From contig JBLWGC010000109.1 in the NCBI GenBank assembly GCA_048772705.1, positions 310,001 through 374,000 on the forward strand: 64,000 nucleotides of DNA, read 5' to 3'. The notes under the pieces are model-generated. The model did not search any database. It was not told where the DNA came from and was given only the letters and a program-made list of their open reading frames with translations. Shown piece by piece: positions 14,248 through 25,336 of the stretch. Position 1 is the first letter of the stretch; each line of letters begins with the position of its first letter. A program made the position numbers and the translations under genes. This stretch comes from Leidyana gryllorum EB-2025a (taxonomy: Eukaryota; Protista; Apicomplexa).

Positions 14248-16229
14248 CTACAAAGTCGGGTGGGCACCAGAGGGCCCTATGTTATCCCACAATAGCTGAT
14301 TCGCATCTTCTCTAAACAACATTTCCTCTATTTGCGATGTGTAACGAGTGGGAACGAGCGGAATGTCCCAGCATTGTGTTCCCCACGCCCGCAGTTCCTC
14401 GAAGCTCCCACTGGTCAACCTCTCCAGGTACCAGGGAGACGTCACTGGACATACTCCAACACATATAGCCTCTGTGTATCGCCGGTCGCGTAGACACGGC
14501 AGTCGACAGGGGGGCAGGGCGGTGCGCAGATATTGATACCATTGACAAAACTTATTCATCTGACGGAGAGTTAAATTGTTTACACCGTCGAACTTCGCCG
14601 GGTACGTTGGCAGGTCCAGCAACGCGGACCTTAGAAGTTTCATGCGCTTCTCATGTTTGACCCGCGAGAAACACTTTTCAACCGCGGCCAAGGGCACTTG
14701 GAGATAGTTTGTCAACAAGCGTAGGGTGTCCGGTGTGTAACGTCCTGTTAGCAATTCGAACGCGCAACGACTCCAGGGATAGGGGTAATAGGTGACGGAA
14801 AGAACATACAGAACCACAGTGTGGTCAAATCGGCGCCACAGGGTGTACATATACAAATACAGAGCCCAAAGTAGTGTCGGAGTGCGAGGCAAAAGGGCGA
14901 ATTCAAGGTATCGCACCTTGAACTTCTTGATGACTTTGAACCAAGAATTTAGAAAAGACTCTTGCAGACTGAGCATACACATGGTCACGATACAGTCCTC
15001 TCTCCACCACACTGGCAGCTCAATGGCGTTATGTGAGCTGGAATACTCCAGATCTATTCGAACAACTTTAATTATATTGCCGATCTCCGCCTCTGTCCAA
15101 TGCTCAAGATCAACAGGCAGTCGGCCATTGTCTCCGACGCCCTCGCGCAATCTCCACAAATAACAGCTCTGCTCCTTAGTGTCGCTTCCTTTGAGAACAT
15201 CTTCGCCGCTGTACGGCGTGGGCATCACGTCAAGCCACTCCGGGAGACCAACGAAGTTCCTGCAGCTTACTGTGGCTGCCCAGGCGGACGACACGCCGTA
15301 AACTTGGTCGTATTCGGGCTCGTGAATTCGGACGGCATGCAATACATCCCGCGCGACTTGATTATCTTGCGCTATTCTCCACCAAATTCTCACCAGATCG
15401 AGCTGGCTAGAGAAATGTCTGCGTGACCGCGTGGCATCAAAAGGCTAGAACACGTGTTTGGGTGTGTGTGTCTTCAGGGAGACACGGATAACCACATTCT
15501 CATCAGGTGGCAGATGTTAACTCACTCAAAGTCGAGAGGTGCTGCTACCAATGGGAGCCTCAAGGGTAACTGATGCCTAGTTGTGCGTAAAGAAGGAGTG
15601 TTCGCTCGTGAAAGAAGCCAGTGATCAGCTTCCTGCGCTGAAGGAGTAGTGTTGTACAAGACAATGTAAGATGGGTCTGGCATGTCTGATCGCAGGGCAA
15701 TTCGGTGCCACTCCCCCTCTACAGCGACTAGCCGGCGCGGGGTGATGAGGGGATGACTCAAGTGCTTCGCCGCCTTCGGTTCCAGTATGCAAGTAGTCAA
15801 CAAAGGGGCATCAAGGTGGATGGTGGGGCCACGCTCCCAGCGAGACCAGTCCAGGTGCTTCAACTTGGGGAACTCAATGTCCAATGAATTAACTCCGAAA
15901 GCAGGGAGGCATTCCAAGCCACAGCTTTCCAGTTCCGCCATTCCTGATTCTTTCAGCAGTCTGACGGCGCAGCTACTGACATCGCACTTCATCCTCAGAC
16001 ATCGAACGAACGGAAGCGACCTCTTCAACCATCCATCGAACCACTCAGCATTCAAGAAAGGAACACTCCGTTGATCGATGAAATCGATCACCGTGGAAGT
16101 CACGAAGAGGCGTGCTGCCTCTCGCGCGCTCTTACAGCACCGACTGGCATACGCCAAGTCCTCAAATGGTACAAATGACAAGATTTGGCTCCACCTCGCC
16201 GCTGTCAAGAGTTTCTCAGGCTTCTTCAT
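14248..16229 (-). CDS. F-box-like/LRR-like + unknown C-domain protein, copy 3 (624 aa; exons 16229-15526, 15418-14248)
   Basis: ARWSQILSFVPFEDLAYASRCCK; 107-nt phase-2 intron GTGAG..CAG (15525-15419); motifs PTPY, ELLTGRYT, WYQYLRTALP, GVCPVTSPWY. Confidence 0.87.
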
Positions 16230-16543
16230 CAATCTGCGCTTTCCCTATCCCCATGAAAGTGTGTGCGGGATTGCAGAGTCGCTTTTGGGCTCCAGATTCC
16301 CCTCGCAGCTACGATTCGACGACACGCGTCACTCAGCCATCACCAGATTTGCCCCACTGCCATCACGAGGCGATCTGCTTTGAAACGATCGGCCGTTTAC
16401 GCTCTGGGGTGGTTGTATACTGGGGATGGATAGCCCGTCGGCCTCAATCAGCATTCCAAAAGCGGGACGCCTCGCTGTCTATCGAATCCCCTCAGGCCGC
16501 TGCCTTCTCAACCCTCTCCTTCCCTCGGAGACGATGCATTGTT

Positions 16544-18973
16544 TCACGTGTCGTCACTCCATGAACAGTCGGAGCTCTCACCGCCACTCGACATGTCCTC
16601 GGTGCACCCACCGCTATCACTGCTGCCGTCCAGGCCGAACCAGCTGTTGCCCTCCTCACTGCTATCAGCTGTACCCGAATCAGTGAGTTGGTCGCTCCGG
16701 CTATCGCTGTCGCTGGTCTCGTCACTGTCACCTGCGCGGTAGTGAGCACTTCGCTCCTCGTCACTACCCTCACTAAAGTCTTCCCAACTATCGACACTCG
16801 TCTTCTCGCTGGCCTCAGCACTGTCACCGCCGCTACAGATACTGTCGACTTCGAGGTCGTAAACGCTCCGCTCCTCGCCACTACTCTCACTCACGACTTC
16901 CCAACTATAGACACTCCCCTTCTCGCTGCTACCGATACTGTCGACGTGATAGCTGTACAGGCTTTCCCCTTCACTCCCGCTCTGAACTTCGCTATCTTCC
17001 ACACTGCCGTCATCGCTGCCCAACAGATAAGTGTAGTCACTTCCATAGCTTCCATCATTGTCGCTACGGAGCGCACTGACCGTTGTGGCGGGTCCATAAT
17101 TACTGCCGCTGCCGTAGAAGCTGTCATCCTCTTCCTCACTGTCGATGTCACTGTCGTAATGAAAGCCAGGGGTTGTGAGCTTAGATAGTCGCTCGTCCGT
17201 CCAGGTGCCATCTAACAATACATTAGAGAGGGTATAGGGCTCAGTTAAGGCAGTAAGAGGGATTTCGACGGTATGAAGGCCCCAATCGCGCAGCGATTGT
17301 ACCTCCCCTGTGGCAAACTGCTCCAGATACCACCGATCTGTGGCAAAACTTGGACCGATCTCAAATGCACTGCAGCATGGCAATCGGAGTGGGGGAAGGT
17401 CCGCTCGGAGTCGCTGGTACCACGCCGAAAAGCTCAGCAATTGATTGAGACCCAAGTGTCGTATGGCCAAAGGTTCCGCCGGGTGGTCTAGGTGTTTATC
17501 CCACACAACTCCTTGGATCACGACAGAGTCTACCTCTTTTCCGACCAGGCAGACATCCATCTGATCTTCACTGGCTTGGACGTACTTGAGCGCAGCTTCG
17601 AGCGTCGCTATATGGTATCTGCCGGTGAGCAATTCATACAAACATTCGCGGAAGGGGTCCGGGACATACGAGACACCGTGTGTGTACAATCGAACACAGT
17701 GTTTGTGCTTTCGGAAGAGGATCCAGAGGTGGAGATATGCGTTCAGAATGGCAGCTTTACTGGCTCCACAGATGTCAACCTCAATGACTTGCACATTGAA
17801 ATGGAGAATCGGAGGAAAGTAGTCTTGGAAAGATGCTTCAAAGATCGCCTTTGTGGACATGGTCACAATGCGACCTCCAATCCAGTTGGGGAGACCTCGA
17901 GCCCTTCGTCCGATCCAAGGATTTGTGCCAGAGATGGAAATGTTGATCACTCCTCGTCGGGAAACGAAATCGGTACTCGTTGGCATGAAAGAAGCAGTTC
18001 CGCCCTCCCATCTTTGCACTTCTTTCGGGTAATGGTACCCAGATTTAGGAGTCCAGCGATAGTACAGGGGATACTCAGTCGGAGGGTGGTAGGGTGTGGG
18101 CAGAACAGACAGGAAAGTGGGGATTCGAAGATCTCGCAGGTCGGTACAACTAGTCAGAGAATTCCAGCTGGAAGTGGGACCCATGACAGCCAAGCTGTCG
18201 GGGACTTCTACAATACGAAGGATCTCGTGAACGACCTGTTGCCCCTTCACCATGTCCCACCACCGCTTTAGCAAGGAGAGCCGAATCGGGGTGATTCGCA
18301 GGGGCAAAGTAGGGACTGATCCTTTGTCCCAATTCGCCATCCTGGTAAGTAGTCTTGACGTCATGCTGTCCTGCAAGATGACACATCGCAAATCTGACCC
18401 TTGCACGTGAACAGCAACACGATCCTGAGACATCACTTCGTCCTTCAGCCTCCATCTCTGCCGGAATCGCGAGCAAAGTGGATGATCGATCCTTTCGCTG
18501 TGTTCCGGTTCCATGATGAGCGTTGAGAGCTTGGGAGCTACAAGTTTGAGCTTCTTGCTGGGGCTCAAACTGGAGCGTGAGATGTCCAATCTGACGAGTT
18601 TGGGCCAATGTACTTCCATGTTATCGGACAGGACGTCTTCGCAGACGATATCCAAGATGCACTCTCTGAGCTCAGGAGCCCCATACTCAAGCAAAGCCTT
18701 CCAGCAGTCTTTCAGAGGTATTTGACGGAAGGAATTTACGAATCTAAGCCGTCGTGCAGATCGAAGGGAACGGCGGAACCATTCTTTCCACCAGAGAGCG
18801 TCGTCGTGAACAATGGGGCTGTGAGAGTCCAAATCAATGTCGGTGGAATACACATGGTTGAGGACTGCGCCTCGCGCTTCCCTCGACAGACTGGTCAGCC
18901 GTCGCAGCTCTTTCAGGGGTACGAATGACAGTATTTGAGCCCAAATGGGGGCCCCAAACCTGGAGACTATCAT
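16544..18973 (-). CDS. F-box-like/LRR-like + unknown C-domain protein, copy 4 (809 aa, intronless, long acidic Ser-rich tail)
   Basis: A single ORF holds both modules: PIWAQILSFVPLKELRRLTSLSR, LRECIL, APKLSTLI, PTPY, ELLTGRYH, WYQRLRADLP, RWY, WG. This confirms the fused architecture. Confidence 0.9.
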   Translation of the reverse strand: MIVSRFGAPIWAQILSFVPLKELRRLTSLSREARGAVLNHVYSTDIDLDSHSPIVHDDALWWKEWFRRSLRSARRLRFVNSFRQIPLKDCWKALLEYGAPELRECILDIVCEDVLSDNMEVHWPKLVRLDISRSSLSPSKKLKLVAPKLSTLIMEPEHSERIDHPLCSRFRQRWRLKDEVMSQDRVAVHVQGSDLRCVILQDSMTSRLLTRMANWDKGSVPTLPLRITPIRLSLLKRWWDMVKGQQVVHEILRIVEVPDSLAVMGPTSSWNSLTSCTDLRDLRIPTFLSVLPTPYHPPTEYPLYYRWTPKSGYHYPKEVQRWEGGTASFMPTSTDFVSRRGVINISISGTNPWIGRRARGLPNWIGGRIVTMSTKAIFEASFQDYFPPILHFNVQVIEVDICGASKAAILNAYLHLWILFRKHKHCVRLYTHGVSYVPDPFRECLYELLTGRYHIATLEAALKYVQASEDQMDVCLVGKEVDSVVIQGVVWDKHLDHPAEPLAIRHLGLNQLLSFSAWYQRLRADLPPLRLPCCSAFEIGPSFATDRWYLEQFATGEVQSLRDWGLHTVEIPLTALTEPYTLSNVLLDGTWTDERLSKLTTPGFHYDSDIDSEEEDDSFYGSGSNYGPATTVSALRSDNDGSYGSDYTYLLGSDDGSVEDSEVQSGSEGESLYSYHVDSIGSSEKGSVYSWEVVSESSGEERSVYDLEVDSICSGGDSAEASEKTSVDSWEDFSEGSDEERSAHYRAGDSDETSDSDSRSDQLTDSGTADSSEEGNSWFGLDGSSDSGGCTEDMSSGGESSDCSWSDDT
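16751..16928. repeat. Degenerate direct repeat, period 117 nt, encoding the acidic tail of copy 4
   Basis: CTTCCCAACTAT(C/A)GACACTC occurs at 16780 and 16897; protein SEKGSVYSWEVVSESSGEERSV vs SEKTSVDSWEDFSEGSDEERSA. Confidence 0.8.
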
Positions 18974-19027
18974 TGGCTATCGGTAGATCCTTAGTTTTTG
19001 ACTACTCAATTCAGTTTTGACCAGATT

Positions 19028-21054
19028 CTACCAGAATTCTGGCTCGAGAACGTCAGGTTCCCGGTGAGGCCGTCCTCCTATGACCTGCCACAATAGCTGA
19101 TTCGCATCTTCTCTGAACAACATCTTGTTTATTTGCGATGTGTAATCAGTGGGAGTAAGCGGAATCTCCCAGTAATGCGCTCCCCACGCCCGCAGTTCCT
19201 CGAATCTCCCACTGGTCAACCTCTCCAGGTACCAGGGAGACGTCACTGGACATATTCCCACCCATAAATTATCTGTGTATCGCTGGTCGCGTAAACACGG
19301 CAGTCGACAGGGGGGCAGGGCGCTGCGCAGATATTGATACCATTGACAATACTTTTTCAGCTGCCGGGGAGTCAAATTAGGACAACGCGCGATATACATC
19401 GGATACTTCGCCTTTTCCAGCAACATAGAGTTCAACCGGTCCATTCGCTCTTTCCGCTTGATAGTTAGAGACATACAATCCTCCATGTCTTGCAAAGGAA
19501 TTCGAACATGTTCCGTCAGGAGGCGTAGAGTGTCCCGTGTGTAACGTCCTGTTAGCAGTTCGAACGCGCAGTGACTCCAAGGATAGGGGTAATACGTTAC
19601 AGACAGAACGTACACAAGTACAGTGTGGTCGTACTTGTGCCACAGGGTGTACAAATAGACATACAGTGCCAAAAGAACTCGCGGATCGCAAGGCAAAGTG
19701 CCGGATTCAATGTATCGCACCTTGAACTTTCTGATGACCTTGAACCAATTGTGGAGTGCAGCCTGTCGCAGATTTTCAATACACACGGTCACGATACAGT
19801 CCTCCTTCCACCAGATCGGAAGATCAATTACGACTTCCGGAGTTGTGAATCGCAGATCGAGCCTTACGACTCGGAGTGAGCTGACCAGATCTTCCTCGGT
19901 CCAATCATCAATGTCAACAGGAAGTTTCATTTCATTGTCACCAACACCCTCGCTCAGCTTCCACACATAAGATCCTCTTCCCACCTTACTATCCTCACCG
20001 GGGACACCCTCGCCAGTGTAAGGTGTGGGCATAACATCGAGCCATTCCGGGAGGTCTCGGAAATCTGTGCTACTCGCCAAGGCCCACCAAGGTTCTGAAC
20101 ATGCCAGGACTTCGTCGTCCTCGCTACCATGGAGTTGGACGGTGTCTAACACCTCCCTGGCAATTTTAATGTCTTGAGCGACCCTCCACCAGACTTTTAC
20201 CAAGTCTATTTTATCGGAGAAATCTCTGCACCGAAAAAAGTCATTAGATTGTCAGAAGCCCGTGTTTGCAAGTGTGTGGTATCCGGGAGACACAGACGAC
20301 GATGGGTTGACCCACCGCACAGTCATTTTCATACCAAATATCCAGTTGATAGGATGACTTACTCGTAATCGCGGGCATAGTCAGTCAGTTGCAGCCTCAT
20401 GGGTAGTTCTACCCTCGTCAGTTGGGTGCCCTCAGGGGGTTCGAACAGCCATCTATTAAGTTCAATACGTGAGGGGGTAGCTTTAAGCAGCACAATGTAG
20501 CTTGGATCTGGCATGTCAGCCCGGATAGCAACCCGGTCCCACTCCTCCGGTACCGTTGCTAAGCGGCCCCTCGTGATGAGAGGATGTTTCAAATGTGGTA
20601 CAGCACGAGGTTCTAATATACATGTTCTCAGATTTGGGGCATGGAGGGTAATATTTTGACCCGCGAAGCCCCGGGACCAATCCAGATGTTCCAATTTCGG
20701 ACATCGTAAAAAGGCTGTCTCCTCAGTGAAGTGGGGAAGGAAAGTCATAGTACAAGTCCGCAATTCAGCCCCTTGTAAGAGCTTTGGTCCCCAGCCTTTG
20801 TAATCGTGATCCATCCTCAAAACCCGCGCGATCGGGATCGATCTCTTTAGCCATCCCCTGAACCACTCAGCGTCTTCGAACAGGACGGTCTGTTTGTCCA
20901 CAAAGTCGATCAGGGTGGAGGCCACAAAGGACCGGGCAGCATCTTTCGTGCTTCTACAACATAGTCTAGCAACCGCCAAGTCTTCAAATGGTAAGAACGA
21001 CAGGATTTGGCTCCATACAGCGGCTGTCCGCACACTATCGGCCGCTCTGTCCAT
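19028..21054 (-). CDS. F-box-like/LRR-like + unknown C-domain protein, copy 5 (629 aa; exons 21054-20363, 20225-19028); closest paralogue of copy 3
   Basis: AVWSQILSFLPFEDLAVARLCCR; 137-nt phase-2 intron GTAAG..CAG (20362-20226); C-terminal blocks near-identical to copy 3 (CPVTSPWYLERLTSG, MLFREDANQLLW). Confidence 0.87.
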
Positions 21055-22536
21055 GAGTCCGACTCTCTCACATGCACTCTGCGCGGACTTGCTTTATCTT
21101 GTGTATTGTCAAATGACCACCGCTAAACGGTTGTCTCCATATCCTGTTGGGGTCCAGTCTCCAAAAAGCCCAATACCGACATTTGACCGATTTCTATCAT
21201 CTCTAAGGTGCTCTTCAGCTGTCCCTCCCTTCTAATCTTCTTTACCTGACGCTACGGTGGGATCCTCTCGCAAAGCAGTAACCTACTTGACTGTTCGCTT
21301 ACGTAGAAGCTGTCAAGCCGAAGACAAAGAGGCAAAGAACAGAGATGTCGGCTCGCTCGTCTTTGGCTAATTGGGGGCCAACCACTATTCCGCCCGCAAC
21401 TCGCAACTGATGGAGGCTATCAGAGGGCTCTGTGCAGAAAGCGCGCCAAGCATCCACCTTGAACACGAGATCTCCACTGTCCGCCAAAAGTAGTCTCCTC
21501 AATGATCCTTAATCTCGAATACCACTCACCTGTCCAATAACAGCATCGGGTGTTTCGATGATCAGACTCGTCCGAAGCAGTTTCTTCCGCTTTTCAGTAT
21601 CGCAGGCTCGCAGACTGAAGTAATAGTGGCTTGTGGTCCGCCTCAAATACGAGCTGCAGAATACAATCGTCTGCGGCTAGAGGTAATTCAATTGACTCAT
21701 CGGATCTCACGCTCCATTCGGTTCGTTTCCACCCAATCCGTCCGCCACCATGTCTACTCATCATAGGAACTGTTCCAGCTGCGGGGATGTGGCTCTGCGC
21801 ATGGTAGTACAGAATGAATCCGCCAGAGCAGCGGCGGTCAACACACAAACGACGGGACAGACAGAGAAGGATCAACAAAAGACACAATAGTTCACTCCAA
21901 CAAAGCGCATTGCCTCATGACACGGATGGCGTGAGGACGGGATTCACATTTGGGTCGTGCTGGGGGACTGTGTCGCCACAAAGGTCATCTCTGGCTGAAA
22001 TGTCTGTGATGGGAGTCGGAGGAGAGGGAAGACACGAATTCGGGCGGATCAGCGATAGATGACACCCACATTTTATGAGTGCGCAATGACGAGTGAGATC
22101 CACAGGGTCCAGACAGATAGGGACACGTGTGCGTGTGTGCTTCCCGTGTCTCCGTGTGCGGTGCGAGAGTCAAGGTGTCTGTCATGAGTAACAATGGTTG
22201 CCGATGGGCGTAAAGGTATAAGGCACAATGCGAACTGGGAGTAAGTGGTTCTTGGGTCTTTGAGAATTTGAACGGCTTAGTCTTTAGATTACGTCAATAG
22301 GAGTGGACGAAAGTACATATAGGAATAGACATGCAATATCATAAGCGCATCCCTGAGTGATATAGATGATACGTGATTTCTAACTATCTAATAATGATGA
22401 GTTCCCGATTGCCAGCGGTGATAACGCCGCGCCAGATGACACGTACAAGCCGACTTTTCGGCTAGCTGCAAGCGTTGATGAGCAGTGGGCTTGAAGTGGC
22501 TTGGAACATATACTTTCCCAAAAGGATACGACAGCT

Positions 22537-25137
22537 TCAGGCCTTGGAAGACAAAGCTTTGCGGCTCAATTTGTAGAACGGGTTACGGTAGGAGCTCTTC
22601 TGGGTGCGTACGTCTGCGCCTGTAGTGAACTCTGACCAGTAGTTGTCGTTGACCGGCCGAGGGCACTTGGCAAAGAGGTCGAGGCCGAGAGAGGGGGTGG
22701 GGTTGGGGATCGGAAGAGTCTCGTATCCCCAGCCTCGGAGTTTGCTGAAGTTGCCATCGCGAAGTTGCTTCTGATACCAGGGCGAGCTGATAGGGCAGTT
22801 GAAACTTCGGATGCAGAGCAGACTGTGGTTGGGGAAGTGGAGTAAGCGATCGGTGGGCATATTGTCAATAACCTTCTGGTAGAACTTGCGGAAAGCTGCT
22901 TTGTGTCCGGCCGGGAGATCCTCAAGGCAGAGGCGAGAGGTTTCAGCCCATTGCATCTGGTAGGCGAGTGCGCGATGGAGGAATCCACGGAACTTAGGAT
23001 GGCGTTCCCGTCGGAGTTCTTCGAGCAGAGGGACGTCGCGGTGGTGGACCAATCGGAGCAATTTGTCGACGGCGAGGACACTGTGTCTGGCGGTGAACAG
23101 TTCATAGACGAAATCCGTCCAGGGCGCCGGAATGATGGGGATTCCCACGCATCCGACAACCGGGATGGTTGCGTTGGGGATGTCGATGTAGCATTGGTGG
23201 AATATCAAGTAGAGAGCCAGTAGCTGAGGGAGTTTCGGGGTGGAATACTTGAAGAAGAGAGAAACAATGTGGTGTTTGCTGATCAGTGAGTGCCAGTCAA
23301 CCTTCATGATCCAATCTTCGTAGTGATCGACAACGATAGTGGTGAGACAGCGCGGGTGCAGAGTATCCTTGAGGTTGAGCAGATAGAACAGGCCTTGCAT
23401 CGCCTCTTCATTCTGCACGTAGATCTCAACGGAATGTCCTTGCTGTTCATCGGGGTTCGGATCCACGAAGGGAGGGATCAAGCTCTCGCCGCCTTCAACG
23501 GCTTCCAATAGAGTGGGGGCTTCCCAGTACTCGCCAGCGCCCTCGGGGCGTTTTCCAGTGGAATACGGCATCGGAACAAATTCCAAGAAGCCGGGGAAGT
23601 CATCGATTTTCCGAGTGGTCGCCCATCGCGCCAATGGGATCTGCACCGGAGCAACCCGAGCTCTGCAAGCCTTCACCACCAGTTCCAAAGACTTTGGAAT
23701 TCCACCAGACAGATTGACCGACTTGTGAGCCTCCAGAACTTGTTCCAATTGGCGCACGCGATCCCTGATAAGATTGCTGAGTGGCGAGCCCCACAGAACA
23801 CACACGCGCGCACACACGAATTTGACTTACCCTTGATCCAGAGTCTTCTGGAGTGTAACAAATCGGGGGAAGTTAATGGGTCCCGAAACTGCAACAGCAG
23901 CTTTCGCGATGGTAGCCTTCTTTCCCATGAACTTCCGGGCGATGCGCTCTTTTAACCCTGCTCGCTTTTGGACTTTAGGCGCAATTGGGAAGGCGGGAGA
24001 CGAGCAATCCCTGTCTCGGAGATCCTGATCGGTCGGTGCAGTAGTGAGCAACATGCTGTCGTCGCCAATGATGTTCCCGGAAATAAGTCCGTCAGCTCTG
24101 GGCTGGTTATGATGGTCGCTGACTTTAGACATCTCAGCCAAGTTCCGCATGCTGAAGCCATGGAGTTCATCGGGCAAAGTCCGAGTTGTAAGTGGCTCAG
24201 CCATGGGTACAATAGCGCCAAATCGCCCGCCGTAGTTCTTTCCCTTGCGTTTGATGGCAACAGGCGGGGTACGGAGGTCCGCCGATCTCTCCGGAGTCAT
24301 AGCAACAAAGGAAGCACTGCCGACCACAGGTGTTACGGTGCCAGAGTTGCAGTTGGAAGGGAGGAAGTCCTTGTTAGCGGCTGAGGACAAGGCTTGAGAA
24401 AGAACGGCAGAGTCTCCGCGGCGCAGACGAAGGTCGGTGGAGCTTGAATCCCTCAACGGTGGGATAGTGACCATCTCCAAACCGGTTCTTGGGTTAATGG
24501 CGGTGAAATCGTCCAATAGGACGAGACCATACGGCACGTCGTATCCTACTATAATGCTTCGTGATGAAGTCGTGTCAATGAAGCGGGTCCCATAAGCTTC
24601 CCAGGCTTCGGTCATCAACGGATGCTTGAGCTTATGTACGTCACTCATACGAATGGCGATGGATCGAAGTTCAGGAGCGTCTACTTCCAGACAAAGATCT
24701 CCGAAGTGTACGTCAATTACATTGAGGTGAGTCAATTTAGGTGCCGAGAACTGAGTCAGCGGGCCAACATTTGTATTAAGGCTGATTGCCAGAATGGCGG
24801 TCTCCAATTGTTTGGGTCCAGCGTGCAAGAAGGTGCGGGCCATCGCGTCAACGTGGCAACCCTTCTCCCCAATGGCGTGAAGGACTTTGGTAGTGTGGGT
24901 CGAACGGTGCAAATAGAGAACAGACCACGGGTGGTGGAGTAGGATGTCAAGCTTGAAGTTGTTCAAGTAGAGGTGAGAAGCGCTCAAGTGGTTCTCCACC
25001 AAATCCTTCATCGTCTTGCTTACTGAGCGAAGGCGGCACAGCTCCTCAGGATGGCACCATTGAGTGATCAGAGACCACATCTGGTTCCCGATAGTAGTGG
25101 CAGATGCAGTAACAGCGGCTCCCATGATTCCCGACAT
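22537..25137 (-). CDS. F-box-like/LRR-like + unknown C-domain protein, copy 6 (848 aa; exons 25137-23831, 23776-22537; long linker insertion)
   Basis: QMWSLITQWCHPEELCRLRSVSK; APKLTHLNV/APELRSI/LKHPL; 54-nt phase-2 intron GTAAG..CAG (23830-23777); motifs PMPY, ELFTARHS, CPISSPWY, LRGWG. Confidence 0.82.
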
Positions 25138-25336
25138 TCTTGCCAATTGATCAACTGTTTCGTTGATAACTAACTCAAGAAGTGGCTTGTTGAAGAGAAC
25201 AAGTCGAAAGCTGAAAGCTCACGATTCTTACTCCACGATCTGCCGATCATTCTGTGTGCGAGAGACGACACACATGTCCCAATCCGTTGGGACCCATCTT
25301 GACACTCGCTGTCAATTATTTGCACACTTACATAGC

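Noticed and set aside
22390-22500. ATGATGA C-box and an AGCCGA-CTTT-TCGGCT hairpin suggesting a C/D snoRNA
   Set aside because: No downstream CTGA D-box at a suitable distance; the hairpin alone is insufficient.
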